A DNA stretch of 64,000 nucleotides from an uncultured delta proteobacterium (GCA_963764695.1 CAVXTW010000015.1:157845-221844), one strand, 5' to 3'. Shown: positions 1-10,587, numbered from the stretch's first letter. A program made the numbers and translations. Notes: a model not told the origin generated them from the letters alone.

Positions 1-1
1 G

Positions 2-184
2 CGCTACTCGGTCACCCATGCCGAGACCGAGTACTACCGCGCGGTCACCTTCGACCCGGCCAACCATGTCGTGGTGCGCGGCGAGCTCCGCTACCACCAG
101 ATCCAGTTCGGCCACCGCATCGCCTACGTCATGGCCGACGACGTGACGATCCAGGCCTCCCCGGTCGCAGCGCCGCCCAGGTAG
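2..184 (+). CDS. 3' end of a hypothetical protein gene whose start lies upstream of the window
   Basis: The frame starting at position 2 reads RYSVTHAETEYYRAVTFDPANHVVVRGELRYHQIQFGHRIAYVMADDVTIQASPVAAPPR and ends at TAG 182-184. Third codon positions are GC-rich, as expected for coding DNA here. No family can be assigned by eye. Confidence 0.35.
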   Translation, partial: RYSVTHAETEYYRAVTFDPANHVVVRGELRYHQIQFGHRIAYVMADDVTIQASPVAAPPR

Positions 185-225
185 GACCACGGGCCGCGAG
201 CAGGCGGGTCACGTAAGCTACAGCC

Positions 226-900
226 ATGACCCGCCTGCTCATGGTTCGACACGGAGCGACCTCGCGCACCGCCGAGGATCGCTTCTCCGGCGACGAGGGC
301 GTGGATCTGTCCGACGATGGACGCCGGCAGGTCGCCGCGCTGGCCGCACGGCTGGCGGATCAGCCGATCGCCGCCATCTACGCCAGCCCGCTGTCGCGCA
401 CCCGCGAGACCGCCGAGATCCTCGCCCGTCGATCCGGCCTGGCCATCGCCACGCGCGACGGCCTGCGCGAGATCGGCCACGGCCACTGGGAGGGGATGAC
501 GCGCAAGGAGGTCGAGGCTGGCTTTCCCGACGAGTACGCGGCCTGGGAAGAGGATCCGTACACCTTCGCCCCGCGCGGCGGCGAGGCCGGCGTGGCGGTG
601 CTGGCCCGCGCGCTGCCGACAATTCGCGAGATCGTGACCGCGCACCGGGGCGACACCGTGCTGGTCGTCTCGCACAAGGCCACCCTGCGCCTGCTGCTGG
701 CCAGCTTTCTCGGCTTCGACGCCCGCGGCTACCGCGATCGCCTCGATCAGGCGCCGGCGTGCCTCAACATCGTCAACTTCAGGGACGCGGTGCGCGCGCG
801 GCTCATGCTGTTCAACGACGTCTCGCACTACACACCCGAGGTACGCGTGCCGGAATCGAACCTGTCGAGCTGGTGGGACGCGCCGCGCAACGAGCGCTGA
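226..900 (+). CDS. histidine phosphatase family protein (phosphoglycerate mutase-like)
   Basis: The N-terminus carries the LMVRHGAT motif (catalytic RHG). A second family motif, SPLSRTRETAEI, and downstream His residues are present. The 224-residue product fits the family; ATG start at 226. Confidence 0.85.
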   Translation: MTRLLMVRHGATSRTAEDRFSGDEGVDLSDDGRRQVAALAARLADQPIAAIYASPLSRTRETAEILARRSGLAIATRDGLREIGHGHWEGMTRKEVEAGFPDEYAAWEEDPYTFAPRGGEAGVAVLARALPTIREIVTAHRGDTVLVVSHKATLRLLLASFLGFDARGYRDRLDQAPACLNIVNFRDAVRARLMLFNDVSHYTPEVRVPESNLSSWWDAPRNER

Positions 901-1240
901 CCGCTTCGACGCGCGATGGCGCGGCTCGCCGGCGACCTGCTGGCGACCGCGCCGCGAGCGCGTTCGTCGTGCGCTACCGCAGGGGTTGCGCGCGCATCGA
1001 ACTGGCGTATCGGGACTTACGCGAGACACATCGTCTTCAGCGAGACCTCGATGCACCTACATCCATCGCTGTCGTCGATCGATCGCGCGTCAACAGCTCG
1101 CTGACTGCGACGACACCGGCGACGCCGAAGGTGATGTAAAGATCGCCTGCCCGGTCAACGTGAGCGCCAGTGCCAATCCGTTCGGATCAGCATCGGAACT
1201 TGCGGCCGGCCGGGCACTCGCCGGCACTCGCTCCGACCGA

Positions 1241-2545
1241 TCAGCCGGCGCTGGTCCGCGCCGCGGCGATCCACGCGGACTGAGCGCGTTGCTCGCGCAC
1301 CAGCGCGGTGAGCACGCCGAGAGACGGGCGGAGCTCGCCGGTGCGCGCGATGTGGCGCAGCTGCTGGTAGTACCAGTACATCGATCCGAAGCCGTTGAGC
1401 GCCTTGATCGTCTTGCTCGGCGACTGCGGTCCGAGCCAGCCCGGGCCGAGACGGACGCGGGCCTCGGGGCGGTCGAGCGCGCCACCCTCGCGAAGTAGCC
1501 GCGCCGGACCGTCGAGGTCGGTGCACAGCGGTCGGCCGATGCCGATCAGCGACACCCCGTCGTCCTCGACCGCGCGCGCCATTCCGTCGGCGCTGCGCAG
1601 GCCGCCGGTCACCATCAGCGGGATGCTGACCCGCTCGCGCATCTGCCGCGCGAACTCGAGGAAGTAGCCCTCACGGGCGGCGGTCGACGCGGTGAGCCCG
1701 TTCAGGTCGGGCCGCTCGATCCCGTCGAGGTCCATCATGCGCGGCTGCTCGTAGGTGCCGCCCGAGATCTCGACCAGGTCGACACCCGCCTCGCCCAGCC
1801 AGTTGACGACGCGCAGACTGTCGCCCGCGCTGAAGCCGCCGCGCTGGAAGTCGGCCGAGTTGATCTTGACCGCCAGCGTGAAGTCGCGGCCGACCGCGGC
1901 GCGGGTCCCGGCCACGACGGCCAGGAGCAGGCGGGCGCGGTTCTCCAGGCTGCCGCCCCAGCCGTCGGTGCGCACGTTCGCGCGCGGGCTGAGAAACTGC
2001 GACAGGAGATACCCGTGCGCCCCATGAAGCTGCACGCCGGTGAAGCCCGCCTCGCGCGCCGCCACCGCGGCGACCGCGAACCTCTCGATGACCACCTGGA
2101 TCTCGTCCTCGGTGAGCGCGATCGGCCGGCCGAACTGCTTGCCAGGCAGATCCACGCCGACCTCTGACGGCGCCTTCGGGTGCCGATTGATCGAGCGCAT
2201 CGTCTGGCGGCCGGCGTGCGAGATCTGCATCCAGAAGCCGGCGCCACCCGAGCGCGCCGCCTGCACCCACGCCCTCAGCGAGGCCATCGCCTCCGCGTCG
2301 GGCGGCCCCTCGATGATCACGTTGCCCGGGCGCTCCAGGTGGAGGCGATCGATCGGAACGTTGCCGGTGATGAGCAGGCCGCAGCCGGCATCGGCCCATC
2401 GCCGGTACAGATTGATCAGATCCGGCGACGCGCGACCGAGCGGATCGGCGAGCCCCTCGGTCATGGCGGTCTTGGCCAGGCGGTTGGCGAGACGCTCGCC
2501 GCTCGGCAAGGTGAGAGGCTGCCCCAGGACGGCGGTCGCGATCAT
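1241..2545 (-). CDS. NADH:flavin oxidoreductase, Old Yellow Enzyme family
   Basis: The translation contains GFTGVQLHGAHGYLLSQFLSPRANVRTDGWGGSLENRARLLLAVV and an N-terminal TAMTEGLADP region typical of OYE/FMN oxidoreductases. Product is 434 residues. Confidence 0.85.
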   Translation of the reverse strand: MIATAVLGQPLTLPSGERLANRLAKTAMTEGLADPLGRASPDLINLYRRWADAGCGLLITGNVPIDRLHLERPGNVIIEGPPDAEAMASLRAWVQAARSGGAGFWMQISHAGRQTMRSINRHPKAPSEVGVDLPGKQFGRPIALTEDEIQVVIERFAVAAVAAREAGFTGVQLHGAHGYLLSQFLSPRANVRTDGWGGSLENRARLLLAVVAGTRAAVGRDFTLAVKINSADFQRGGFSAGDSLRVVNWLGEAGVDLVEISGGTYEQPRMMDLDGIERPDLNGLTASTAAREGYFLEFARQMRERVSIPLMVTGGLRSADGMARAVEDDGVSLIGIGRPLCTDLDGPARLLREGGALDRPEARVRLGPGWLGPQSPSKTIKALNGFGSMYWYYQQLRHIARTGELRPSLGVLTALVREQRAQSAWIAAARTSAG

Positions 2546-2886
2546 CGCGCGTGACTATGCACCGACCAGATGGCAACGCGACAGCGGTCACGCACGCGAG
2601 ACAGAAAACTGTTGACGCGACCAGAAATGTGGAGACACCGGCGGCGCCCTGGTGGGAGCAATTTCCTCGCGACTGCAGGCAACTCGCTCATGCACGCCCG
2701 GCTCTGTCAACCGGAGCGGGCGCAACCCGGTGCGAGCCGTCACGCGACGGGATCGATTGCGTCCCGAGCTGTGACGAAGGAAGTGAGTGCCGTCGCACGG
2801 AGAGGAACGAGACCTTTCGTAACGTCGCTGGCTTGCCGCTTGCCTGAAGCCCCAGCCGCGTGACCCTCGCTCAGGAGAACCAGGCC

Positions 2887-5501
2887 ATGCGGCTACGACA
2901 ATCATCACGGAACAGACAAGACTGGCGGCTGCGCTCTGCGGATCTGCGCTGCTCGCGCTCGCCGGCTGGGGATGCAACTCGTCACAGGATCCGGATCCTG
3001 ATCCCAACCCGACAGGAGGACAGGCAGCAAACAAGGCGAAGTACGCCAAGGACTCGCTCATCGTCCGCTTCCGCAACACGCCGACCGCGTCGAACCTGCG
3101 CAGCAGCGTGGCGCAGGTCAACGGCACGATCGAGGACAAGAACAACGACGGCGTCTACGACCGCTTCTCGCACATCGCGAGCGGACAGCTGGCCGTGGTC
3201 AAGCTCGGCGCCGGCACCGACGTCGACGACGCCATCGAGGAGCTGCGCAAGGATCCGGAGATCCTCTACGCCGAGCGCAACTACATCGTCAAGGCGATCG
3301 CCACGCCGAACGACCCGAGCTTCCCGCAGCTGTACGGCCTGGACAACACGGGCCAGACCGGCGGCACGCCGGACGCCGACATCGACGCGGCCGAGGCGTG
3401 GGACAGCAGCGTGGGCAGCAGCGACGTGGTGATCGCCGTGATCGACACCGGCATCGACTACAACCACGAGGATCTGGCCGCCAACATGTGGACCAACCCG
3501 GGCGAGACCCCGGGCAACGGCGTCGACGACGACGGCAACGGCGTCATCGACGACGTGCACGGCTTCAACGCCATCAACGGCAGCGGCGACCCGTTCGACG
3601 ACCACTTCCACGGCACCCACTGCGCCGGCACCATCGGCGCGGTCGGCAACAACGGCATCGGCGTGGCCGGCGTGAACTGGGAGACCCAGATCATGGCGCT
3701 CAAGTTCCTCGACGCCGGCGGCTCCGGCACCAACGAGGACGCCATCAGCGCCATCGACTACGCCATCGCGCGGCGCAACGAGGGCGTCAACCTGCGCGTG
3801 CTGTCCAACAGCTGGGGCGGCGGTGAGTTCAGCCAGGCCCTGCTCGACGCCATCAACGAGGCCGGCGAGGCCGGCATGATGTTCGTGGCGGCGGCCGGCA
3901 ACTTCGCCTCCGACAACGACGGCTTCGCGTTCTACCCGGCCAGCTACGACGCGCCCAGCATCGTGTCGGTGGCCGCGACCGACCACAACGACGCGCTCGC
4001 CGACTTCTCCAACTTCGGCGCCACCACGGTCGACCTCGGCGCCCCCGGCGTCGGGGTGCTGTCGACCTTCCCGGGCAACTCCTACGAGTTTCTCGACGGC
4101 ACGTCGATGGCGACGCCGCACGTGGCGGGCGTCGCTGCCCTGGCGCTGGCCACCAACGGCACCCTCACGATCGACGAGCTCAAGGACATCCTCCTGAGCT
4201 CGGGCGATCCGCTCCCCGCCCTCGAGGGCATCACGGTCAGCGGCAACCGGCTCAACGCGGCCGCCGCGCTCGAGCAGACCGGCCCGCCGGTGCCGCGCTT
4301 CAGCCTCAGCGTGACGCCGCCCAGCGTCGTGGTCACGCAGGAGGAGACCGCGACCTACGGCATCGACGTCGCCTCGCTCGCCGGCTTCGAAGGGGACGTG
4401 GCTCTGACCGTCACCTCGGACCCGGCCATCGACGCCACGCTGTCGATCACCGACAGCGTCCCGGCGCCGGGTACCGGCACGCTCACCGTCGAGACCTCGC
4501 TGACCACGGTCACCGGGCTCTACACCCTCACCATCACCGGCGAAAGCGGCGAGCTGGTCCGCTCGCGCACGGTCCGGCTGCGCGTGCGCGCCGAGGGCGA
4601 CCCGCTCTTCGGCCTCACCATGTCACCCGAGAGCCAGACGATCTTCGATAGCGACGGCGCGCAGTTCAACATCGCCGTGGAGTCGTTCGGTCTCGAGGGC
4701 GAGGTCTCGCTGTCCTTCACGTCCGATCCGCCGTTCGAGGGCTTCGTCGATCTGTTTCCCACCGAGGTGCCGGCGCCTGGAAGCTCCGCGCTGGTCGCCT
4801 TCGCCGAGTGCGTCGCCGCGCCCGGCGACTACACGTTCACGATCACCGGCACGTCTGCGGACGGCGAGGTCGTGAGCGACAGCTCGGTGCTCACGGTCCA
4901 GGCGAGCGACGAGCAGCCCCCGTTCGCGGACTTCTTCTGGTTCCAGACCGATCTCACCTTCGAGTTCCTCGACTTCAGCTTCTCGCCGGGCTGCAATTCC
5001 GTGCCGATCGTCGAGTGGTTCTGGGACTTCGGAGACGGGGAGACCTCGTTCGAGCAGGACCCGATCCACACCTACGCGGCGCCGGGCGACTACGACGTCA
5101 CCCTGACCGTGTTCGACGCGAACGGCCAGAGCGACTCGGTCACGTTCACCGTGTCGGCGACCCCGCCGCCGCCGCCGCTCTCGATCTTCCGCATCGTGCG
5201 CGATCCGGACCGGTTCGAGTTCCGGGTCGACCTGCGCTGGAGCGATCTGACCGGAGATCTGGTCGAGCTGTTCCGCAACGGCCAGATGGTCGACATCCCG
5301 GACAACGACGGGGCGGTCCGCGACGTCTTCCGCCAGTACGAGACCCAGTACACCTGGATCATGTGCGAGCAGAACGGCGGGGTGTGCACCAACGAGGTGA
5401 GCGTGAACTTCGGGCCCAATCTGCTTGACGACGAGGCCACCATCACCGCCGTGATCGACGGTAACCGGGTCGTCGAGACGGTTGACATCGCCACGGAGTA
5501 G
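2887..5501 (+). CDS. secreted S8 subtilisin-like serine protease with N-terminal propeptide, three CARDB-like Ig domains and a C-terminal PKD domain; the reading frame shifts early in the gene
   Basis: The catalytic triad motifs DTGIDYNHEDL, HGTHCAGTIG and GTSMATPHVAG are intact in the ORF 3108-5501. The same frame is open back to 2823 and encodes a signal peptide TRLAALCGSALLALAGWGCNS followed by a classic subtilisin propeptide (DSLIVRFRNT...EILYAERNYIVKA), but it has no ATG, GTG or TTG start. An AGGAGA Shine-Dalgarno at 2873-2878 precedes ATG 2887 in the +1 frame. This implies a single-base indel near 2915-2925 or a non-canonical start. The PKD motif WDFGDGETS lies near the C-terminus. Confidence 0.7.
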
Positions 5502-5513
5502 CAGGCCCGGTTC

Positions 5514-7442
5514 CTACCGGACAGCCGGCGCGCGCCGCCCACCTGCCCCGGTGGGCGGCGCCCCCGTATTCTCCGCCCGCACGACCGCCTTCCGGCGCGC
5601 CTTGTTCTCGTACATCTTCTTGTCGGCGCGCTTGAGAATCGTGTCGAGCGACTCGGTCTGTTCCGGATCGTGGCTCGTGCACCCGATGCTGATGGAGAGG
5701 GTGAAGGGGCGCGGCGGAGTTGACGCGTTGTACTGGTGGATGACCTCGTCCAGACGCGTCACGGGCGCGGTCGGCTCGATGGCTCCGTCGGTGCAGAGGA
5801 TGGCGAACTCGTCGCCACCCAGGCGGGCGACGATGTCGGACTTGCGGAAGACCGAGCGCAGCGCCGAGGCCGCGTCGCGGATGGCCCGGTCGCCGAACTC
5901 GTGCCCGAGCGCGTCGTTGATCTGCTTGAGTCCATCGACGTCGGCGAAGAAGAAGGTCGCCTTCTGGCGGCCGCGCCTGGCCCGCTTGAGCTCCTGGTCG
6001 ACGAGGATGTTGAAGCCCCGGCGGTTGTGGAGCCCGGTGAGCTCGTCGACGACGGCCATCACGCGCAGGTCCTCCGCCATGGCGGCCAGCCGCTCCTGGG
6101 TGGCCCTGCGCTCGGTGACGTCGCGGGCCAGCGCATAGATGGATCCGTCGCCCCCCGGCGTCGCGTGCCAGGAGAGCCACTTGTACGAGCCGTCCTTGCA
6201 CCGGTAGCGATTCTCGAAGTCGATCGTCGACTCGCCCTGGGCGAGCTTCTCGAGCACGGCGAGCGTCGGCTTGAAGTCGGCCGGATGCACGAACTCGAAG
6301 AACGACCGCTCCATCAGCTCCTCGCGCGTGTGGCCGAGGACGAGCTCGAACGTCGGGTTCAGCTGGCGGAAGTAGCCGTCGGTCCCGGCGATGCAGACCA
6401 TGTCGAGCGACAGCTCGAAGAACCGATCGCGTTCGCGGCGCAGCCGGCGCTCGTCGGTGACGTCGCGGGTGACGATGGCGGCACCGGCCACGCGCCCCGA
6501 CTCGTCGTTGACCGGCGAGACCGCGAGCACGACGTCGAACAGCTTGCCGTCCTTGGTCCTGCGCAGGGTCTCGAGGTGGGGAATGGCCCGCCCGGCCCGG
6601 ATCTCGGCCAGGATCTTCGGAATGTCCTCGGCCAGCTCGGGCGGCACCAGCATCGACACGTGCTGCCCGATGACCTCCTCGGGCGTGTAGCCGAACACTC
6701 GCTCGGCGCCCCGGTTCCACGACAGGATGTTTCCGTCCAGGTCCTTGCTGTACACGGCGTCGTGGGACGACTCGACGATCGCCGCCAGGTGCCGCCGGGT
6801 GCGCTCGGCCCTGCCCTCCATGCGGCGCAGCGTCCGCGCCAGCGCGAGCGACGACAGCGCGGCGACGATCACGGCGAGGCCGGTCGCCAGCCACACCACC
6901 AGGACCGCCCGGAAGGTCGTCGCTGTCGATCGCGTGCGGGTGGCGGCGACGTTGGCCTGGTGAAACTCGACCAGGCTGCCGATCGTCGCGTCGAGGGAGT
7001 CGACGATCGGCTGCAGCTCCGCCTCGAGCACCTTGATGAGCGGGTCGGCCAGCGCGCCGGAGCGCCGGTCCTGGATGAGCCGGTCGGTCGTGTAGCGGCG
7101 CGACTGCTCCTGCTGATGGAGTCGGTCGAGCAGCTCCAGCTCCTTGGCCGCCCTGGCGGCAGCCCAGCGCGTCGCGAGCAGCTGCCGGGAGGCGTCCTCG
7201 GCCTCGCGCAGCTCGTGCAGGTAGCGCTGCTCGCCGGTGAACAGAAACGCGCGCGTCTTGCGCGAGACTCGCTCTCGCAGGCTGCGCAGCCGCTCCGCGT
7301 CCCCCAGATCGAGAGCGGCGCGCTCCAGCGTGTCATCCGATCTGCGGACCACGCCACGCATGACGACTGCTGCTGTGGTCACGGCGCCGATCGCGACCAG
7401 GGCGAGCAGGAAGAGAGCAATCGGCGCGCGCAGCCACGCCAT
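5514..7442 (-). CDS. membrane sensor diguanylate cyclase (transmembrane and periplasmic sensor region, two PAS domains, GGDEF domain)
   Basis: Two hydrophobic segments flank a periplasmic region. PAS-like blocks such as SWNRGAERVFGYTPEEVIGQ are followed by a GGDEF domain containing RLGGDEFAIL and a RxxD-like site. Product is 642 residues. Confidence 0.85.
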   Translation of the reverse strand: MAWLRAPIALFLLALVAIGAVTTAAVVMRGVVRRSDDTLERAALDLGDAERLRSLRERVSRKTRAFLFTGEQRYLHELREAEDASRQLLATRWAAARAAKELELLDRLHQQEQSRRYTTDRLIQDRRSGALADPLIKVLEAELQPIVDSLDATIGSLVEFHQANVAATRTRSTATTFRAVLVVWLATGLAVIVAALSSLALARTLRRMEGRAERTRRHLAAIVESSHDAVYSKDLDGNILSWNRGAERVFGYTPEEVIGQHVSMLVPPELAEDIPKILAEIRAGRAIPHLETLRRTKDGKLFDVVLAVSPVNDESGRVAGAAIVTRDVTDERRLRRERDRFFELSLDMVCIAGTDGYFRQLNPTFELVLGHTREELMERSFFEFVHPADFKPTLAVLEKLAQGESTIDFENRYRCKDGSYKWLSWHATPGGDGSIYALARDVTERRATQERLAAMAEDLRVMAVVDELTGLHNRRGFNILVDQELKRARRGRQKATFFFADVDGLKQINDALGHEFGDRAIRDAASALRSVFRKSDIVARLGGDEFAILCTDGAIEPTAPVTRLDEVIHQYNASTPPRPFTLSISIGCTSHDPEQTESLDTILKRADKKMYENKARRKAVVRAENTGAPPTGAGGRRAPAVR

Positions 7443-7685
7443 GGTGTGCAGCAGTCTAACATCGAGTTTCGCGAAGGATTCCGCCTTCCTGCGTCACCCC
7501 GGGTGGAGGGTCCTGTCGGGAGCCGCCTGTCGCATGAGACGGTTCGCGCGCACGAGTTGTGCGCACGAATCGTGTGGGTCGTGTCGACGGGCCTCGCCTC
7601 CCGTACGCTTGCGATGGGCCCGTCGCGTGCAAGGGGCGACGGTCACCAGATGAAGGCGAAGAGCAGGTTCGAAAGGAACGAAGCA

Positions 7686-8486
7686 ATGAAGATTCAAGCG
7701 CATAACGAGCCGGTGGGAGCGCGCTGGAGCGCGGGTGGAGCGGGCTACGATCGCATCAGCCGTCAGATCGCAGACCTCATCGAGCATTGTGTGGACCGTC
7801 TCGATCCGCGCGCCGGCGAGCGCATTCTCGACCTGGCGACCGGCACCGGGTGGACGGCCCGGCGCATCCACGCGCGCGGCGCCCGCGTGATCGGCGGCGA
7901 CATCGCCGCGGGGCTCCTGGAGGCGGCGCGTGAGCTGTCCCCGAAGGAGATCGAATTTCAGCAGGTTGACGCCGAGCGCATGCCGTTCGGCGACGCAGAG
8001 TTCGACGCGCTGTCGTCGACGTGCGGCGTGCAGTTCGCGAGCAAGCCGGACCTGGCCGCCGCCGAGATCGGCCGTGTGGTGAGGCGCGGCGGGCGCATCG
8101 CCCTCGGGCTGTGGGTCCACGACGGCGCCCTCGCCGACATGTTCAAGGTCATCAAGGCGTACATGCCGGCCCCGGCCGACCCGAGCAAGGCTCCGCCGTC
8201 GCCGTTCGAGTGGGGCCGCCCGGAGCGCGTCCGCGAGCTCCTGGGCACGGACTTCGATCTCAAGTTCGAGCGCGCCACGTCGTTCTATCGCGAGCCGCAC
8301 CCCGAGGACGCATGGTCGGCCTTCTACGGCGGCTACGGCCCGGTCAGGATGCTCGCCGATTCGCTCGAGCCGGAGCGCCGCGAGTCGTTCCAGCGCGAGT
8401 TCATCGCCTTCCACGCCCGCCACATGACGGACTGGGGCATGCTGGTGCGGCGCGACTACTGGATCGTCGGCGGCATCCGGCTCTGA
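7686..8486 (+). CDS. class I SAM-dependent methyltransferase
   Basis: The SAM-binding motif ILDLATGTGWTARRI is followed by ARVIGGDIA and PFGDAEFDALSSTC motifs typical of class I methyltransferases. It occupies the 3' end of a long shadow ORF. ATG 7686 is preceded by an AAGGAA RBS; ATG 7650 is an alternative start. Confidence 0.8.
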   Translation: MKIQAHNEPVGARWSAGGAGYDRISRQIADLIEHCVDRLDPRAGERILDLATGTGWTARRIHARGARVIGGDIAAGLLEAARELSPKEIEFQQVDAERMPFGDAEFDALSSTCGVQFASKPDLAAAEIGRVVRRGGRIALGLWVHDGALADMFKVIKAYMPAPADPSKAPPSPFEWGRPERVRELLGTDFDLKFERATSFYREPHPEDAWSAFYGGYGPVRMLADSLEPERRESFQREFIAFHARHMTDWGMLVRRDYWIVGGIRL

Positions 8487-9064
8487 TCGGTTCCCCGCGC
8501 GCCCGGTCGACGCAGCGCGTACTGGCGCTGCACGACCGGCGCGCCGCGCGAGCGCGAGTGCACCTGCACGTCGCGCAGGTGCCCGAAGCCGAGCCGGCGC
8601 AGGATGCGCCCCGACGCGGCGTTGTCCTCGGCGTGGCCGGCGACCAGCTCCGCGAGCTCGAGCTCGTCGAAGGCGAAGCGGACCAGCGCGCTCGCCGCCT
8701 CGGACGCGTAGCCGCGTCCCCAGCAGGACGGGTCGAACCAGTAGCCGAGCTCGCCGGTGGCACCGGAGATCTCGTCGATGTCGGCGAGGCCGATCATGTG
8801 GCGGTCCAGCGTGACGGCGAAGCGAAAGGCGGTGCCGGAGGTCCACTCGCCGGCATGGGAGGCGAACCAGGCGTCCATCCCCCCGCGGTCCGGCGGCCAC
8901 GAGGCCTGGCGCAGCATGCGCGTGACCTCCCAGCTCGACTGCACCTCGAACGCGCGGCCGGCATCGTCGGCCTCGCTCGGGCGCAGGAGGAGGCGCGGCG
9001 TGGCGATCGTCGTGGTGCGCGGCGGCTGCATCGCGTGAGTTTCTCCGTGGGGATGGTCGGACAT
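8456..9064 (-). CDS. GNAT family N-acetyltransferase (RimJ/RimL-like)
   Basis: The translation shows the GNAT fold signature IGLADIDEISGATGELGYWFDPSCWGRGYASEAASALVRFAFDEL. Its 3' end overlaps the convergent methyltransferase gene by about 30 bp. Confidence 0.8.
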   Translation of the reverse strand: MSDHPHGETHAMQPPRTTTIATPRLLLRPSEADDAGRAFEVQSSWEVTRMLRQASWPPDRGGMDAWFASHAGEWTSGTAFRFAVTLDRHMIGLADIDEISGATGELGYWFDPSCWGRGYASEAASALVRFAFDELELAELVAGHAEDNAASGRILRRLGFGHLRDVQVHSRSRGAPVVQRQYALRRPGARGTDQSRMPPTIQ

Positions 9065-9112
9065 CGGCCGGCGTCAGCTGGCATCGCTCCGCTGCCGCGT
9101 TACAGTGGGGCG

Positions 9113-9727
9113 ATGCCAGCATACAAGCTCACGTACTTCGATGGTTCCGTCAGCCGAGGAGAGGAGTGCCGCCTGGCCCTGCACGTCGCCGGGGTCGACT
9201 TCGTGGACAATCGCATCCAGAGCGCGCAGTGGCCCGACCTCAAGCCGAAGACGCCGTTCGGCTCGGTGCCGGTGCTCGAGGTCGAGGGCAAGGGCCAGCT
9301 GGCCCAGTCGAACGCGATCCTCACCTTCGTCGGCCGCGCCCACGGGCTTCACCCCTCCGATCCGTGGGAGGCAGCGCAGCACGAGGCGATCATGGCCGCG
9401 GTCGAGGAGCTCCGGCACCGGATCGCCCCGTCGTTGACAATGAAGGACCCGGACGAGAAGAAGCGCACGCGCGAGGAGCTGGCCCGCGGCTACATGCAGT
9501 CGTGGGGCGCCAGCGTGGAGAAGCAGCTCGGCGACGGACCGTTCGTGGCCGGCGAGCGCATCCAGGTCGCCGACATCAAGCTCTACGTCGTGATGAACTG
9601 GTTCGTCAAGGGCGCCCTCGACCACGTCCCGGCCGACGTGTTCGGAAAGTACACCCGCCTCACCCGCCTGTTCGACGCGGTGAAGAAGCACCCGCGCGTC
9701 GTCGACTGGCAGACCCGCCATCCCTGA
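9113..9727 (+). CDS. glutathione S-transferase
   Basis: It starts MPAYKLTYFDGSVSRGEECRLALHVAGVDFVD and carries the conserved FGSVPVLEV G-site motif, with a C-terminal helical domain. ATG at 9113; the long ORF upstream in the same frame is a shadow. Confidence 0.8.
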   Translation: MPAYKLTYFDGSVSRGEECRLALHVAGVDFVDNRIQSAQWPDLKPKTPFGSVPVLEVEGKGQLAQSNAILTFVGRAHGLHPSDPWEAAQHEAIMAAVEELRHRIAPSLTMKDPDEKKRTREELARGYMQSWGASVEKQLGDGPFVAGERIQVADIKLYVVMNWFVKGALDHVPADVFGKYTRLTRLFDAVKKHPRVVDWQTRHP

Positions 9728-9736
9728 CGCGAGCGC

Positions 9737-10114
9737 ATTCATTTTCTGACGGGGATCCTGATCGCCGGGATCCTCACCCTCACCGCCTCCGCGGTCACCG
9801 TCGGTGTCCTGAACAACGAAGCCTCCGCGCAGTACGGCTTCCAGGGCAGCTGCGGACAGCCCGTGTACTTCGGTGGCTACCCGGACCACGGAGCGTGGGT
9901 GGTCTGCGAGGCGAATCAGGACGCCATGGCGATGCTCACCGGGAACTGCGGCTCCGGGGCGTTCGTCCACGACACCGAGCGCATCTACGGCTCGGGCAAC
10001 GTCGGCCTGCAGATCGAGTGCTACGACTACGCGACCCTGACCAGCGCCCGGGCCACGATCTCTCCCATCTATGGCGGCATCGACGCCCCGGAGACGCCGC
10101 CCGAAGACGAGTAG
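9737..10114 (+). CDS. small secreted hypothetical protein with 4 Cys; start codon uncertain
   Basis: An open frame directly after the GST stop encodes a hydrophobic signal-like segment IHFLTGILIAGILTLTASAVTVGVLNNEASA. A mature region with four Cys follows (GSCGQPVYFGGYPDHGAWVVCEANQ...GNCGSGAFVHD...ECYDYATL). There is no ATG, GTG or TTG in frame between 9728 and 9860; ATT 9737 and CTG 9746 are the only candidates. Confidence 0.4.
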   Translation: MHFLTGILIAGILTLTASAVTVGVLNNEASAQYGFQGSCGQPVYFGGYPDHGAWVVCEANQDAMAMLTGNCGSGAFVHDTERIYGSGNVGLQIECYDYATLTSARATISPIYGGIDAPETPPEDE

Positions 10115-10120
10115 CCGACT

Positions 10121-10567
10121 CTACAGCTCGAGCTTCATCCCCTCGTGGCTGGCGCGAAAGCCGAGCGACTCGTAGAAGCGCAGCGCGTCGCTCCGGCTCT
10201 TGTCGCTGGTGAGCTGGACCAGGCCGCAGCCGCGCGCGCGGCTCTGCTCGATCGCCCACTCGATCATGGCGCGCCCGAGCCCGCCGCCGCGATGGCCGGC
10301 CGCGATGCGCACGCTCTCCACCTGTCCGCGCCACATGCCGAGCCGCGACAGCCCGGGGATGAAGCTGATCTGGAGACACCCGACAACCTCGCCGTCGCGC
10401 TCGACGACGGCGAGCAGCTGATTCGGGTCCGCGTCGATGGCCGCGAAGGCGGCGACGTAGCGGGGGTCGGGCGGCGACGCCCCGCCCTCGCGCAGCCGCC
10501 CGAGCGGATCGTCGGCCAGGAGCGCGATGATGGCCGGTAGGTCCGCGGCCGTGGCCCGTCGGAACAC
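10121..10567 (-). CDS. GNAT family N-acetyltransferase
   Basis: The translation has the acetyl-CoA binding region VRIAAGHRGGGLGRAMIEWAIEQSRARGCGLVQLTSDKSRSDALRFYESLGF. A GTG start at 10567 gives MFRRATAADLPAIIALL. An ATG at 10575-10577 sits in the +1 frame, so a one-base insertion at the start is possible. Confidence 0.75.
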   Translation of the reverse strand: MFRRATAADLPAIIALLADDPLGRLREGGASPPDPRYVAAFAAIDADPNQLLAVVERDGEVVGCLQISFIPGLSRLGMWRGQVESVRIAAGHRGGGLGRAMIEWAIEQSRARGCGLVQLTSDKSRSDALRFYESLGFRASHEGMKLEL

Positions 10568-10587
10568 GATGCGCCATGCCGAGCAGC

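Noticed and set aside
5736-8486. 916-codon plus-strand ORF spanning the diguanylate cyclase gene
   Set aside because: The translation is Arg/Gly/Ala/Val/Asp-rich low complexity, typical of an antisense shadow ORF in 70% GC DNA. Only its last 267 codons (7686-8486, the methyltransferase) are protein-like.
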